Assembly (NCBI GenBank): GCA_048478035.1
Contig: DBGBCW010000015.1
Location: 29,962 to 93,961 of the forward strand
Direction of reading: 5' to 3'
Source: Collinsella aerofaciens
GTDB taxonomy: Bacteria; Actinomycetota; Coriobacteriia; Coriobacteriales; Coriobacteriaceae
DNA length: 64,000 nucleotides
Shown piece by piece: positions 1 through 9,299 of this stretch (within the stretch, counting starts at the first letter, position 1; each line of letters begins with the position of its first letter). The position numbers were made by a program, and so were the translations under genes. The notes under the pieces are model-generated. The model was given only the letters and a program-made list of their open reading frames with translations. It did not search any database and was not told the origin of the DNA.

Positions 1-11
1 ACTTCGACCGG

Positions 12-476
12 TTGCTCAATGGACTCGACCATATCTATTCGGAGTTCTCGCGCGCCTGCGGTCTTTCGGACTGCGCTTATTGGATGCTCGTCGACACCAG
101 CACGGCGGGCGGCAGTATTGCCGTAAGCCGTCTGACAAGCGAATGGTTCTACAGCAAGCAGACCATCAACTCGGCAATTAAAACCTTGACGGCGCGGGGC
201 TTCGCAACGTTGGAGTTTGCCGAAGGCAGTCGTAAGAACAAGGTTGTGAGCCTGACCGAAGAGGGCGGGCAATTTGCCGAGCGTTATGCGCTGCCGGCAC
301 TCAAGGCCGAGCAGCGAGCCTTTGGCGCGCTTGAGCCGTGTGAGCAGCGCGAGATTATGCGCTTGATCGGCAAATTCTCTCAGGTGCTCGGCGAGGAGTG
401 CGATGCCTTTAAGCAGCATATCGCTGCCGAGAGCCAAGCCGAGAATCAAGGTGAGGGGGAGTCGTGCGACTGCTAA
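12..476 (+). CDS. MarR family transcriptional regulator. The frame is open to the left window edge, so the true start may lie upstream.
   Basis: 154-aa ORF with a winged-helix MarR-like core (SKQTINSAIKTLTARGFATLEFAEGSRKNKVVSLTEEG). Its stop overlaps the start of the downstream ABC gene (TAATG at 474-478). Confidence 0.8.
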   Translation: MLNGLDHIYSEFSRACGLSDCAYWMLVDTSTAGGSIAVSRLTSEWFYSKQTINSAIKTLTARGFATLEFAEGSRKNKVVSLTEEGGQFAERYALPALKAEQRAFGALEPCEQREIMRLIGKFSQVLGEECDAFKQHIAAESQAENQGEGESCDC

Positions 477-2200
477 TGAGGTTTCTAAAGCCATATCGAG
501 GGCTTGTCGCAGTGACGCTGCTGGTGCTGCTGGTGGATAACGTCGGTACGCTGCTGGTTCCCACGATGCTGGCGAACATGGTCAACACCGGTATTACCAC
601 GGGCGATGTCGACTACATTTTACGCAACGGCCTATACATGTTTATTGCGACCAGCATGGCTAGCGGCGGCACGGTGCTGGGCTGCTATCTTTCGGCGCGC
701 CTGGCCGCCAACGTGGCTTGCGATATCCGCAATGCCGTGTACGACAAATCGCTCGAGCTCGCGGCCAGCGATTTTGAGCGCTTTGGCACCGGATCGATGA
801 TCACGCGCTCGCTCAACGACATCAACGTGATTCAGCAGGCGATTCTGCAGACGATTCAGCTGGTGCTGCCCGTGCCGTTTTTGGCTGTGGCGGGCATCAT
901 CTTCGCCTGGTTTATCGATCCCGCCATGGGCACGCTTCTGGGCGTAGTCGTTGCGATTGTGCTGGTGGCGGCGGTCTTTACGGTTGCCAACGCGGCGCCG
1001 ATTTTTATGCGCCTACAGGGCTTTATCGACCGCATGAACGTGGTGCTGCGCGAGAACATCGTGGGCGTTCGCGTCATCCGCGCTTTCAATAAGGAGCGCC
1101 ACGAGGAGCAGCGCCTGGATGAGGTATTTAGCGATTACGCGGACAACGCCATTAAGGTCAACCACCTGTTTGTGGGGCTCGACAGTTCCAGCTTCTTTTT
1201 GATGAACATCGCCGAGGTGGCGGTGCTGTGGGTTGGCGGCAACCGCGTGGGCGCCCATGCGATGCAGATCGCGAGCATCTCCGCGGTGCTGGAGTACGCG
1301 ATCCTGATCCTGTTCTTTGTGATGATGGCGCAGATGGTGGTGCTAACGCTGCCACGCGCCGCGGCGTGCCTAAGCCGTGCACAGCAAGTGCTGGAGATTG
1401 AGCCGAGCATCGTCGATGGCGAGCGCACGCTGGATGACGGGGCGCGCGAGCCCCAAGACGAAGCCGATGCGGTTGCCGCGTTCGACCATATGTCGTTTCG
1501 TTTTGACGACGCCGACGAGGACACGCTGTGCGATCTGAACTTTACCTGTCGTCGCGGTCAGACGACCGCGATCGTCGGCTCGACGGGTTCGGGCAAGTCG
1601 ACGGTGGCCAAGCTCCTGCTGCGCTTCCACGACGCCACCAAGGGCGCCATTCGCCTGGACGGCGTCGACCTGCGCGAGCTTTCGCAAGGCGAAATTCGCG
1701 GGCGTATTGCCTATGTGCCGCAGAAGGCGTGGCTGTTCTCGGGCACCGTGGCAAGCAACCTGCGCTTTGGCAACGAAGACGCGACCGAGGCCGACATGCT
1801 TCATGCACTCCAGGTTGCCCAGAGCACCTTTGTGCTCGATCAGCCGCAGGGGCTCGATACCCCGGTGGCGCAGGGCGGCACGAACTTTTCGGGCGGCCAG
1901 CGCCAGCGTTTGGCTATCGCCCGTGCGCTCATGAAGCATGCCGATCTATATATCTTCGATGACAGTTTCTCGGCCCTGGACTTTAAGACCGATGCCGCCC
2001 TGCGCCATGCGTTGCAAGACGAGACGCGTGACGCTGCGGTGCTCATCATCGCGCAGCGCATCTCGACAATCTTGCACGCCGACCAGATCGTCGTGCTCAA
2101 GGACGGCGAGGTTGTGGACCTGGGCACGCATGGCGAGCTTATGGAAACCTGCGAGGTGTACCGTGCCATCGCGGAATCGCAAATGAAGGGAGGTGAGTAG
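464..2200 (+). CDS. ABC exporter, fused permease/ATPase half-transporter (pair 1, subunit A)
   Basis: Six N-terminal TM helices. Walker A GSTGSGKST, signature FSGGQRQR, Walker B LYIFDDSFSALD. Alternative start is ATG 476. Confidence 0.9.
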   Translation: MRLLMRFLKPYRGLVAVTLLVLLVDNVGTLLVPTMLANMVNTGITTGDVDYILRNGLYMFIATSMASGGTVLGCYLSARLAANVACDIRNAVYDKSLELAASDFERFGTGSMITRSLNDINVIQQAILQTIQLVLPVPFLAVAGIIFAWFIDPAMGTLLGVVVAIVLVAAVFTVANAAPIFMRLQGFIDRMNVVLRENIVGVRVIRAFNKERHEEQRLDEVFSDYADNAIKVNHLFVGLDSSSFFLMNIAEVAVLWVGGNRVGAHAMQIASISAVLEYAILILFFVMMAQMVVLTLPRAAACLSRAQQVLEIEPSIVDGERTLDDGAREPQDEADAVAAFDHMSFRFDDADEDTLCDLNFTCRRGQTTAIVGSTGSGKSTVAKLLLRFHDATKGAIRLDGVDLRELSQGEIRGRIAYVPQKAWLFSGTVASNLRFGNEDATEADMLHALQVAQSTFVLDQPQGLDTPVAQGGTNFSGGQRQRLAIARALMKHADLYIFDDSFSALDFKTDAALRHALQDETRDAAVLIIAQRISTILHADQIVVLKDGEVVDLGTHGELMETCEVYRAIAESQMKGGE

Positions 2201-2201
2201 C

Positions 2202-4217
2202 ATGACCGAGGAGCTCAGGAAACAAGGCGGCCTTGTCGATACCGCCGCTGCGGACGCTGCCGATAAAACCGTCGACCAGGCTGCCGTAGCACCCGAGCTA
2301 GATGAGGCCGCCAAGGCTGCAGCCGCGCGCGAGGCTCGCCGCCAGGCGCTCTATGAGGAAAACGAGCGCGCGGAGGATGAGCGCGCCCGAGCCGAGGCGG
2401 AACGCATGCGCGACGTGGACGATGAAGACGAGGACGAGACGCCTCGGGATACCTGGGCGACGGTGCGCCGCCTGTGGAGCGAGGCTGCCGGCGACCATTG
2501 GCGCTTCTATATCGTGTTCGCGAGCATTGTGTTCTATGCCATCTTTAACACCGCTGCGCCGGCATATAGCGCCCGCGTGATCGATGAGCTGTGGGGCCAC
2601 ATTCAGGTGGCGTTTGCCAACGAAACCACCTTCAACATCACCTGGGAGAACTGCGGCAGGACCATCTTCATCTACTTTATGATTTGGACCGCCGCCGCCT
2701 CGTTCTACGCGCTCCAGAGCTTTTTGATGTCGAGTGTGGCCGAACGCCTCAACCTGCGCCTACGCAACCGCATCGCACAAAAGCTCAACCGTCTGCCGCT
2801 TGCCTTCTTTGATGCGCATCGTCCCGGTGAGGTCGTCAGCCGCGCGACCAACGACTTGGACAAGATGTCCGAGAGCATGCAGCGCGGCTTGCTGCAGCTT
2901 CTGGTGTCGATCGGTACCGTGGTGGGCGCCGTGAGCGTGATGTTCGTGTTTAGCGTGCCGCTCACGCTCGTCTTTTTGTTCTTTACGGCGTTGTCGCTGC
3001 TAGTGACCAAGGTGGTCTCGCGCCGCACGCATGACGTAACCGGTGAGCGCCAAGAGTGGGTGTCCAAGATTACGAGTGCGGTCGAGGAAGGCTACTCGGG
3101 CCGTCTGGTGATTCGCGCGTTTAACCGCGAGCGCCAAAGTTCTGCCGAGGTACACCAGGCCTCGGGCGAGCTGGCACGCGTGAGTGCCAAGGCCGACTTT
3201 ATGATTAACGCCGTCGGCCCCGCGGTGCGCTTTATCGGCCGCCTGGCACAGATCGTGATTGCGATTGTGGGCTGCAGTATGCTGGTTGCCGGCCACATGA
3301 CAGTCGGCGTGTTCCAGGCATTCTTCCAGTTTATCTACGAGGCATCTGAGCCCATGACGCAGCTGTCGTTTACCTTCAACTCGCTGCAGAGCGCGCTGGC
3401 GAGTGCGGAGCGCGTGTTCGACCTGCTCGATGAACCCGAGATGGAGGCCGATCCGCTGCCGGACGAGGCCGCCAAGCTGCCGGGTCGCGTGGAGGGCCGT
3501 GTCGCTTTTGAGCACGTGCGCTTTGGCTATGCGCCCGACAAGCCGCTCATGCGTGACGTGTCGTTTACCGCCGAGCCGGGCCAGAAGATCGCCGTGGTGG
3601 GAACCACGGGCGCGGGCAAAACTACGCTCATCAACCTGCTCATGCGCTTCTACGAGATTGACGGCGGGCGCATTACGCTCGACGGCGTGGACACGAGCCG
3701 CATGGATCGTGGCGAGCTGCGCCAGCAGTTTGGCATGGTGTTGCAGGATGCCTGGCTGTTCGACGGAACGATTGCCGAGAATATCGCCTATGGCTGCCCC
3801 GAGGCGACGCGCGAGGAGATCGTGGCGGCCGCACGCGCCGCGCAGGTCGACTTCTTTGTGCGCACCATGCCGCAGGGCTATGACACGCGCGTGGCCAACG
3901 ATGCCGAGAGCATTAGCCAGGGTCAGCGCCAGCTGCTGACCATTGCGCGCGTGCTGCTCAACAACCCGGCGATTCTCATCCTGGATGAGGCGACCTCAAG
4001 CGTGGACACGCGCACCGAGCTTGCCATCGGCCGTGCCATGGACGCGCTCATGCATGGGCGCACGAGCTTTGTGATCGCGCATCGCCTGTCGACGATCGTG
4101 GATGCCGACCTGATCTTGGTCATGGACCACGGCAATATCATCGAGCAGGGTACGCACAAGGAGCTACTGGCTGCCGAGGGTGCCTACGCCGACCTCTACC
4201 TAAGCCAGTTCGCATAA
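2202..4217 (+). CDS. ABC exporter, fused permease/ATPase half-transporter (pair 1, subunit B) with a ~95-aa acidic/Ala-rich N-terminal extension
   Basis: GAAGGGAGG RBS 8 nt before ATG 2202. Walker A GTTGAGKTT, signature ISQGQRQL, Walker B ILILDEATSSVD. Overlaps the stop of subunit A. Confidence 0.9.
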   Translation: MTEELRKQGGLVDTAAADAADKTVDQAAVAPELDEAAKAAAAREARRQALYEENERAEDERARAEAERMRDVDDEDEDETPRDTWATVRRLWSEAAGDHWRFYIVFASIVFYAIFNTAAPAYSARVIDELWGHIQVAFANETTFNITWENCGRTIFIYFMIWTAAASFYALQSFLMSSVAERLNLRLRNRIAQKLNRLPLAFFDAHRPGEVVSRATNDLDKMSESMQRGLLQLLVSIGTVVGAVSVMFVFSVPLTLVFLFFTALSLLVTKVVSRRTHDVTGERQEWVSKITSAVEEGYSGRLVIRAFNRERQSSAEVHQASGELARVSAKADFMINAVGPAVRFIGRLAQIVIAIVGCSMLVAGHMTVGVFQAFFQFIYEASEPMTQLSFTFNSLQSALASAERVFDLLDEPEMEADPLPDEAAKLPGRVEGRVAFEHVRFGYAPDKPLMRDVSFTAEPGQKIAVVGTTGAGKTTLINLLMRFYEIDGGRITLDGVDTSRMDRGELRQQFGMVLQDAWLFDGTIAENIAYGCPEATREEIVAAARAAQVDFFVRTMPQGYDTRVANDAESISQGQRQLLTIARVLLNNPAILILDEATSSVDTRTELAIGRAMDALMHGRTSFVIAHRLSTIVDADLILVMDHGNIIEQGTHKELLAAEGAYADLYLSQFA

Positions 4218-4218
4218 G

Positions 4219-4245
4219 GTGACAAGGGGGCAGCTTCTTTGTCAC
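4219..4245. repeat. Degenerate copy of the conserved GTGACAAAGGG...CCCTTTGTCAC palindrome family
   Basis: gtgacaagggggcagcttctttgtcac lies immediately after the ABC stop codon. Related to 34307, 51819 and 62957. Confidence 0.55.
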
Positions 4246-4254
4246 ATCACAAAT

Positions 4255-4289
4255 AAGGCGCGCCGGGGATGAATTCCCTGGCGCGCCTT
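4255..4289. terminator. Bidirectional hairpin between the convergent ABC operon and cysE
   Basis: aaggcgcgccgggg / ccctggcgcgcctt, 13 of 14 bp stem. T-rich tail on the minus strand (ttatttgtg). Confidence 0.55.
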
Positions 4290-4325
4290 TGCGTTGACGT
4301 CAATGTCGTCGGTGGTCGTCCGCTT

Positions 4326-5030
4326 CTAACGCTCGTCCACGAGCTTGGCGACGAGGGCCTTAAGCTCGGCCACCTCTTGCTCGAGCTCCTTGACGCGGCG
4401 GGCGTTCTCGGTGATGCCTTGACGATTGAGCGCGGACTGCTCGGCGGCGGCGTCGGGCATGTACTCGCGATGCTGCTTGGCATCGAAGCTCTCCTCGAAC
4501 ACGCGGCAGCCGTTGCGCTTGATGATGCGTCCCGGCACGCCCACGACGGTGCAGTTGTCGGGTACGTCCTTGACGACGACCGAATTGCCGCCGATTTTGA
4601 CGTTGTTGCCGATGCGAATGTTGCCGAGCACTTTAGCGCCTGTGCCCACGGTGACGTTGTTGCCCAGGGTGGGGTGGCGCTTGCCGGTCTCGTTGCCGGT
4701 GCCGCCAAGCGTGACGCCCTGGTAGAGCACGCAGTTGTCGCCCACAATGGTGGTTTCGCCGATGACGACGCCCATGGCGTGGTCGATAAAGAAATGCTTG
4801 CCGATCTGTGCAGCGGGATGAATCTCGACGCCGGTAATGTGGCGGGTGATTTGCGAGAGCACACGGGCGAGCGAGCGATGGCCATGCTCCCAGAGCCAGT
4901 GCTCTGGCACGTGGTTCCACTTGGCGTGCAGGCCGGGATAGGAAAGGAAGATGACCAGACCGTTTTGCGCGGCGGGGTCCTGCGCCTGGACGGTCTTGAT
5001 GTCCTCGCGAATGGTATTGATAAAGCTCAC
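4326..5030 (-). CDS. cysE: Serine O-acetyltransferase with a C-terminal coiled-coil tail
   Basis: Hexapeptide-repeat core ([46 protein letters not shown]...[11 protein letters not shown]). GGGAGGG RBS upstream of GTG at 5030. The ORF-track start 5105 is probably too long. Confidence 0.85.
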   Translation of the reverse strand: MSFINTIREDIKTVQAQDPAAQNGLVIFLSYPGLHAKWNHVPEHWLWEHGHRSLARVLSQITRHITGVEIHPAAQIGKHFFIDHAMGVVIGETTIVGDNCVLYQGVTLGGTGNETGKRHPTLGNNVTVGTGAKVLGNIRIGNNVKIGGNSVVVKDVPDNCTVVGVPGRIIKRNGCRVFEESFDAKQHREYMPDAAAEQSALNRQGITENARRVKELEQEVAELKALVAKLVDER

Positions 5031-5253
5031 CGACCGCCCTCCCTTAGCGCCATGGCAATGCGATTCAATAAAGTATAGCGATTCGCTAGGGATTAGGAAG
5101 GACAATCTTGGCGGCTTTGCACGACAGGTGTCAGTTATGCAAACTTGCTGGTAATGGAGTCATGCTTTTGTGGGGTTGCGCACGAGGGGGTGCTGCAACC
5201 GTATACTGGTCAACTTGGACGTGTCCGCGCCCACAACTGAGAGGTTTTACTTC

Positions 5254-5892
5254 ATGGGTTTCATCAATTTTATCGCCGAGCTGCTCAAAGACCCGCGCAC
5301 CGCGATTGCCAGCTGGATCGCCGCCGGCCCGCTTATGGCCTACGGCTGCGTGTTCCTGATCATCTTTATCGAGACGGGCGTGGTGTTCTTCCCATTCCTT
5401 CCCGGCGATTCGCTGCTGTTTGCTTCGGGCTTCTTTGCCCACAACGGTGGCTTTAACATCGTGGCCCTGCTGGCCGTCGCATGGACTGCTGCCATCTTGG
5501 GTGATCAGTGCAACTTTATGATCGGCCACTTCTTTGGCCGCAAGATCATCGCCTCGGGCAAGGTAAAGGCCATGACGCCCGAGCGCATCAAAAAGTCCGA
5601 GGACTTCTTGGACAAGTGGGGCCACCTGGCCATCTTCCTGGGCCGCTTCTTCCCGTTTATTCGCACCTTTGTGCCCTTTATCGCCGGCATGGGCGGCATG
5701 CACTGGCGTAACTTCGTTATCTTTAACGTGCTGGGTGGCATTACCTGGTCAACGCTCTTTACACTGCTGGGCTACTTCTTTGGTGGCATCCCCTTTGTGC
5801 AGGAGCACTTTGAGCTGCTGATCGTCGGCATTGTCGCCGTGTCGATCATCCCGACCGTGGTCGGTCTGGTTAAGGCCAAGCTGGGCAAATAG
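5254..5892 (+). CDS. DedA family membrane protein
   Basis: DedA signature region (IETGVVFFPFLPGDSLLFASGFF ... FGRFFPFIRTFVPFIAGMGGM). GAGAGG RBS before ATG 5254. Confidence 0.85.
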   Translation: MGFINFIAELLKDPRTAIASWIAAGPLMAYGCVFLIIFIETGVVFFPFLPGDSLLFASGFFAHNGGFNIVALLAVAWTAAILGDQCNFMIGHFFGRKIIASGKVKAMTPERIKKSEDFLDKWGHLAIFLGRFFPFIRTFVPFIAGMGGMHWRNFVIFNVLGGITWSTLFTLLGYFFGGIPFVQEHFELLIVGIVAVSIIPTVVGLVKAKLGK

Positions 5893-5930
5893 AACGCGTA
5901 GCTCGAGCCAGCGCGCAAACCGTGCCGTTG

Positions 5931-5960
5931 AGGCCCGTCACCGCTTACGGTGGCGGGCCT
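5931..5960 (+). terminator. Hairpin downstream of dedA
   Basis: aggcccgtcaccg / cggtggcgggcct stem. Weak T tail. Confidence 0.45.
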
Positions 5961-6190
5961 CTTCAGCTTCGGTCAAATGAAAATACTTTAGTTAGTTAAA
6001 GAAAAACGTTTTATCCGACGCGCGTGCGGAGTACAATCTCGTGCATGCGAATCGACGTACCATCGGCTTTGATGCTGTTCGCGTGTCCCGTCCGGCTCTA
6101 CGCTCCGGGCGTGCGACGTTGCGACGCGGTCGGCCTCGGTCCTTGCGTGCGGGTTCGCGAGTATGCAACTGTGTATGTAAGGAGCGACAT

Positions 6191-7243
6191 ATGACTGTCG
6201 AGAAGAAGGATATCGATTGGGGTAGCCTCGGCTTTGGCTACATGAAGACCGATTACAGCTACGAGGCCCATTGGAAGGACGGCGAGTGGGACGAGGGTGG
6301 CCTGACCACCGACCACACCCTGCATGTCTCCGAGTGCGGCGGCATCTTCCATTACTGCCAGGAGGTCTTTGAGGGCCTGAAGGCCTACACCGCCGAGGAC
6401 GGCAGCATCGTCTGCTTCCGCCCCGACATGAACGCCGAGCGTATGTACAACTCTGCGCAGCGCCTCGAGATGCCCCCGTTCCCCAAGGACAAGTTCGTCG
6501 AGGCTGTCAAGCAGGTCGTTTCTGCAAACGCCGCCTGGGTTCCGCCCTTCGGTTCCGGTGCGACCCTGTACGTGCGTCCGTTTATGATCGGCTCCGGTGA
6601 CGTGATTGGCGTGGCTCCCGCTCCTGAGTACACGTTCCGCATTCTCGTGACCCCGGTCGGTCCGTACTTTAAGGGTGGCCTTAAGCCCGTTAAGCTGCGC
6701 GTTTCCGAGTACGACCGTGCCGCACCGCACGGCACCGGCAATATCAAGGCCGGCCTGAACTACGCCATGTCCCTCAAGCCCACGATGGAGGCCCATCGCG
6801 AGGGCTATGCCGAGAACCTGTATCTCGACTCCGAGTCCCGCACCTATGTCGAGGAGACCGGCGGCGCCAACGTCCTGTTCGTGAAGGAGGACGGTACGCT
6901 CGTCGTTCCGCAGTCGCACACCGACTCCATCCTGCCTTCCATCACCCGTCGTTCGCTCGTTCAGGTTGCTCAGGACCTGGGTATGACCGTCGATCAGCGC
7001 CCCGTCGAATGGGCCGAGGTCAAGGCCGGCACCTTTGTGGAGTGCGGCCTGTGCGGCACCGCTGCCGTCATCTCCCCGGTTGGCGAGATCGACAACAAGG
7101 TTTACGGTGCCGACGAGACCGTGACCTTCCCGGCTGGCTACACCGAGATCGGGCCTGTGATGAAGAAGCTCCGCGAGACCCTGACTGGTATCCAGTCTGG
7201 TGCTGTCGAGGATAAGCACAACTGGGTTTACACCGTCGCGTAA
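6191..7243 (+). CDS. ilvE: Branched-chain amino acid aminotransferase
   Basis: Class IV aminotransferase motifs (EVFEGLKAY, RPDMNAERM, GTGNIKAGLNYA, EETGGANVLFV). AAGGAG RBS 7 nt before ATG 6191. Confidence 0.9.
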   Translation: MTVEKKDIDWGSLGFGYMKTDYSYEAHWKDGEWDEGGLTTDHTLHVSECGGIFHYCQEVFEGLKAYTAEDGSIVCFRPDMNAERMYNSAQRLEMPPFPKDKFVEAVKQVVSANAAWVPPFGSGATLYVRPFMIGSGDVIGVAPAPEYTFRILVTPVGPYFKGGLKPVKLRVSEYDRAAPHGTGNIKAGLNYAMSLKPTMEAHREGYAENLYLDSESRTYVEETGGANVLFVKEDGTLVVPQSHTDSILPSITRRSLVQVAQDLGMTVDQRPVEWAEVKAGTFVECGLCGTAAVISPVGEIDNKVYGADETVTFPAGYTEIGPVMKKLRETLTGIQSGAVEDKHNWVYTVA

Positions 7244-7310
7244 TCTGTCTTACGGATATGTCCGGCCCGAGGGCACCTTCCTTTCCGGCGCGTCCTCGGA
7301 CATGAAAGAG

Positions 7311-7347
7311 CCCCCGCTGCGCACTTCGTGCGGCGGGGGTTCTTTCG
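7311..7347 (+). terminator. Rho-independent terminator of ilvE, embedded in a larger palindrome (7262-7387)
   Basis: GC-rich hairpin cccccgc...gcggggg followed by ttctttcg. Confidence 0.55.
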
Positions 7348-7733
7348 TCCTGCGGAGTGCGCCGGAAAGGAAGGTTACCCTCGGGCCTGCGTTACCTCGG
7401 CGTTGCCGTTACGGGCAATATAGATCTGAATTAAAGATGGCGCGCGGCCTTTTAGGCCGCGCGTGTGTTTTTGCTTCGCGCCATGTGGGGGTGATGGCGA
7501 CGTGCATCTTTGCGAGTATTCTGCAATCGAAGGCCCCTGCATACCGACCTCGGGCAAAAAATCGGGATTTCTCGATGTTTTCTACGGATGATGGGCGGGG
7601 TTATGGGCTGACAGCGTTTGATTTGCAGGGATATTCGCGGTCTTTGGCATTTATCGTGGCGCCCGAAGCTCTTGGTTATGTTGAATACTCCTAAAAATGC
7701 ACGGCGCTTAGAGGGGGACCTTCGCGAAAAAGG

Positions 7734-7772
7734 AAACTGCCCCGTCGAAGTATGCATTCGACGGGGCAGTTT
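7734..7772 (-). terminator. Rho-independent terminator of lemA
   Basis: 16-bp perfect stem aaactgccccgtcgaa / ttcgacggggcagttt, followed on the minus strand by cctttttcg. Confidence 0.7.
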
Positions 7773-7808
7773 ATGCATTTGGCCGATTAAGGATGCGCTG
7801 CCAAACTA

Positions 7809-8360
7809 CTAGAACTTGACGGTCGGGGCCTGACGGGCTGCTTCGGCGGCCTCGAAGCCCTGGCGCTCCTTAAACTGGAAGATGCCGGCAAAGATGACAG
7901 CCGGGAACGTCTGAATGGCGTTATTGTAGCTGAGCACGCAATCGTTGTAGCTCTGGCGTGCATAGCTAATCTTGTTCTCGGTATCCTCGAGCGATGCCTG
8001 CAGCTGCGTAAAGTTGGTGTTTGCCTTAAGATCGGGATAGGCCTCGGCTACGGCGAAGAGCTGACGCAGCGCACCGGTCAGCACGTTGTCGGCTTCCATC
8101 TTGGCCTCGGGCGTGGTGGCCTTGACGGCGGTGTTACGCGCGCTGATCACGGCGGAGAGCGTCTCCTGCTCGTGCTTGGCGTAGCCCTTGACGGTCTCGA
8201 CCAGGTTGGGGATCAGGTCGTTGCGGCGCTGCAACTGCGTATCGATGTTCTGCCAGGCGTTATCGATGCGGTTACGCTTGGTGACCATGTTGTTGTAGAT
8301 GCCGGCGATGGCGCAGGCAATCACAATGACAACAACGATGCCGATGATGACGGGAAGCAT
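7809..8360 (-). CDS. lemA: LemA family protein
   Basis: N-terminal TM helix, then a LemA core (RNRIDNAWQNIDTQLQRRNDLIPNLVETVKGYAKHEQETL...AYPDLKAN). GGAG RBS before ATG 8360. Confidence 0.85.
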   Translation of the reverse strand: MLPVIIGIVVVIVIACAIAGIYNNMVTKRNRIDNAWQNIDTQLQRRNDLIPNLVETVKGYAKHEQETLSAVISARNTAVKATTPEAKMEADNVLTGALRQLFAVAEAYPDLKANTNFTQLQASLEDTENKISYARQSYNDCVLSYNNAIQTFPAVIFAGIFQFKERQGFEAAEAARQAPTVKF

Positions 8361-8559
8361 GATGTCTCCGTTTCGAATGGCCGCGGCGGCATGCGCCAGC
8401 TGCCGTTGGTATAACGCTACTAGTATACCCGCAACGTTTTGCCGTGCCGAACTTTCCGGTAAGCGTTGTGTTTTCGGCGGGGTTGGCACCGGGGCAAAGC
8501 GCGCGAGGTACAGGTGTAAGATATGCGACAGATTGACGAGTGTTGTCTTTGCCCTGAGG

Positions 8560-9156
8560 ATGGCGATACCAGTGGACCTTCGCATTAAGAAAACCTACCG
8601 CGCCCTGTTCGATGCCTTCACCGAGCTTCTCGAGGAGCATCGTTTTGAGGACCTGACGGTTGCCATGCTGTGCGACCGCGCCATGATTCGCCGCACGACG
8701 TTCTACAAGCACTTTCGCGACAAGAACGATTACTTTGCCTTTTATATCGATGAACTCATGTCGGGCTTGCCGCAAAAACAGCCCGATGAGGCCGGCGCAG
8801 TGTCTGCCGAGGACGTGCGCGCGCTTCGGCACGCGATTTTGGACGATGCCATGGATTTAATTCTGGCGCACGAGCAGCTCATGGATAACATTTTGGCAAG
8901 CAGCATGTCGGGCATGTTGACCAACGTTATTTGCGACCGTATTGCCCGCTCCATCCGCGAGCGCGTGATGAACGTGCTTGCCGAGGATGCCCTGGCCCCC
9001 GTGTCACTCGAGACGACGTCTGAGTTTGTCGCCGGCGGTATTATTCGACTTTTCACGATATGGTGGGAATCGGGCCACGATCTTGAGCGTCGACCTGAGA
9101 TAGCCGACGTGGTCGATGCACTGTTTGAGCGGACCATGACACCGGTGAATCACTAA
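8560..9156 (+). CDS. TetR/AcrR family transcriptional regulator
   Basis: N-terminal TetR HTH (IKKTYRALFDAFTELLEEHRFEDLTVAMLCDRAMIRRTTFYKHFRDKNDYF). Start at ATG 8560. Confidence 0.8.
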   Translation: MAIPVDLRIKKTYRALFDAFTELLEEHRFEDLTVAMLCDRAMIRRTTFYKHFRDKNDYFAFYIDELMSGLPQKQPDEAGAVSAEDVRALRHAILDDAMDLILAHEQLMDNILASSMSGMLTNVICDRIARSIRERVMNVLAEDALAPVSLETTSEFVAGGIIRLFTIWWESGHDLERRPEIADVVDALFERTMTPVNH

Positions 9157-9158
9157 AG

Positions 9159-9248
9159 TGGCGGAGAGAGGGGGATTCGAACCCCCGGAACGCTCTCGCG
9201 CTCAACGGTTTTCAAGACCGCCGCATTCAACCGCTCTGCCATCTCTCC
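9159..9248 (-). tRNA. tRNA-Ser, anticodon UGA, long variable arm, CCA encoded
   Basis: The reverse complement is GGAGAGATGGCAGAGCGGTTGAATGCGGCGGTCTTGAAAACCGTTGAGCGCGAGAGCGTTCCGGGGGTTCGAATCCCCCTCTCTCCGCCA. It folds into a cloverleaf with anticodon loop CT-TGA-AA and T-loop GGTTCGAATCC. Confidence 0.9.
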
Positions 9249-9299
9249 GTGAGTCGTAATGATAGCATCGTTTTGAATTTGCAACAGGGAAGGCGAACG

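Noticed and set aside
6041-6190. N-terminal extension of ilvE from the ORF-track start, and similar long starts for lemA (8585), the TetR gene (8299), the DeoR gene (43757), tex (50561), dedA (5170), the kinase (36781) and ABC 3B (58959)
   Set aside because: The extensions are Arg/Cys/Pro-rich with no homology. Good Shine-Dalgarno sequences precede the internal ATG or GTG codons that align with the canonical family N-termini. Several of the extensions would overlap upstream genes.
7439-7474. Second strong hairpin plus T tract (ggcgcgcggcc-tttta-ggccgcgcg, tgtgtttttgc) ~90 nt after the ilvE terminator as evidence for a small RNA gene
   Set aside because: No promoter, conserved structure or repeat family could be tied to the 7390-7474 segment. 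It may simply be a back-up terminator in the convergent ilvE/lemA spacer.
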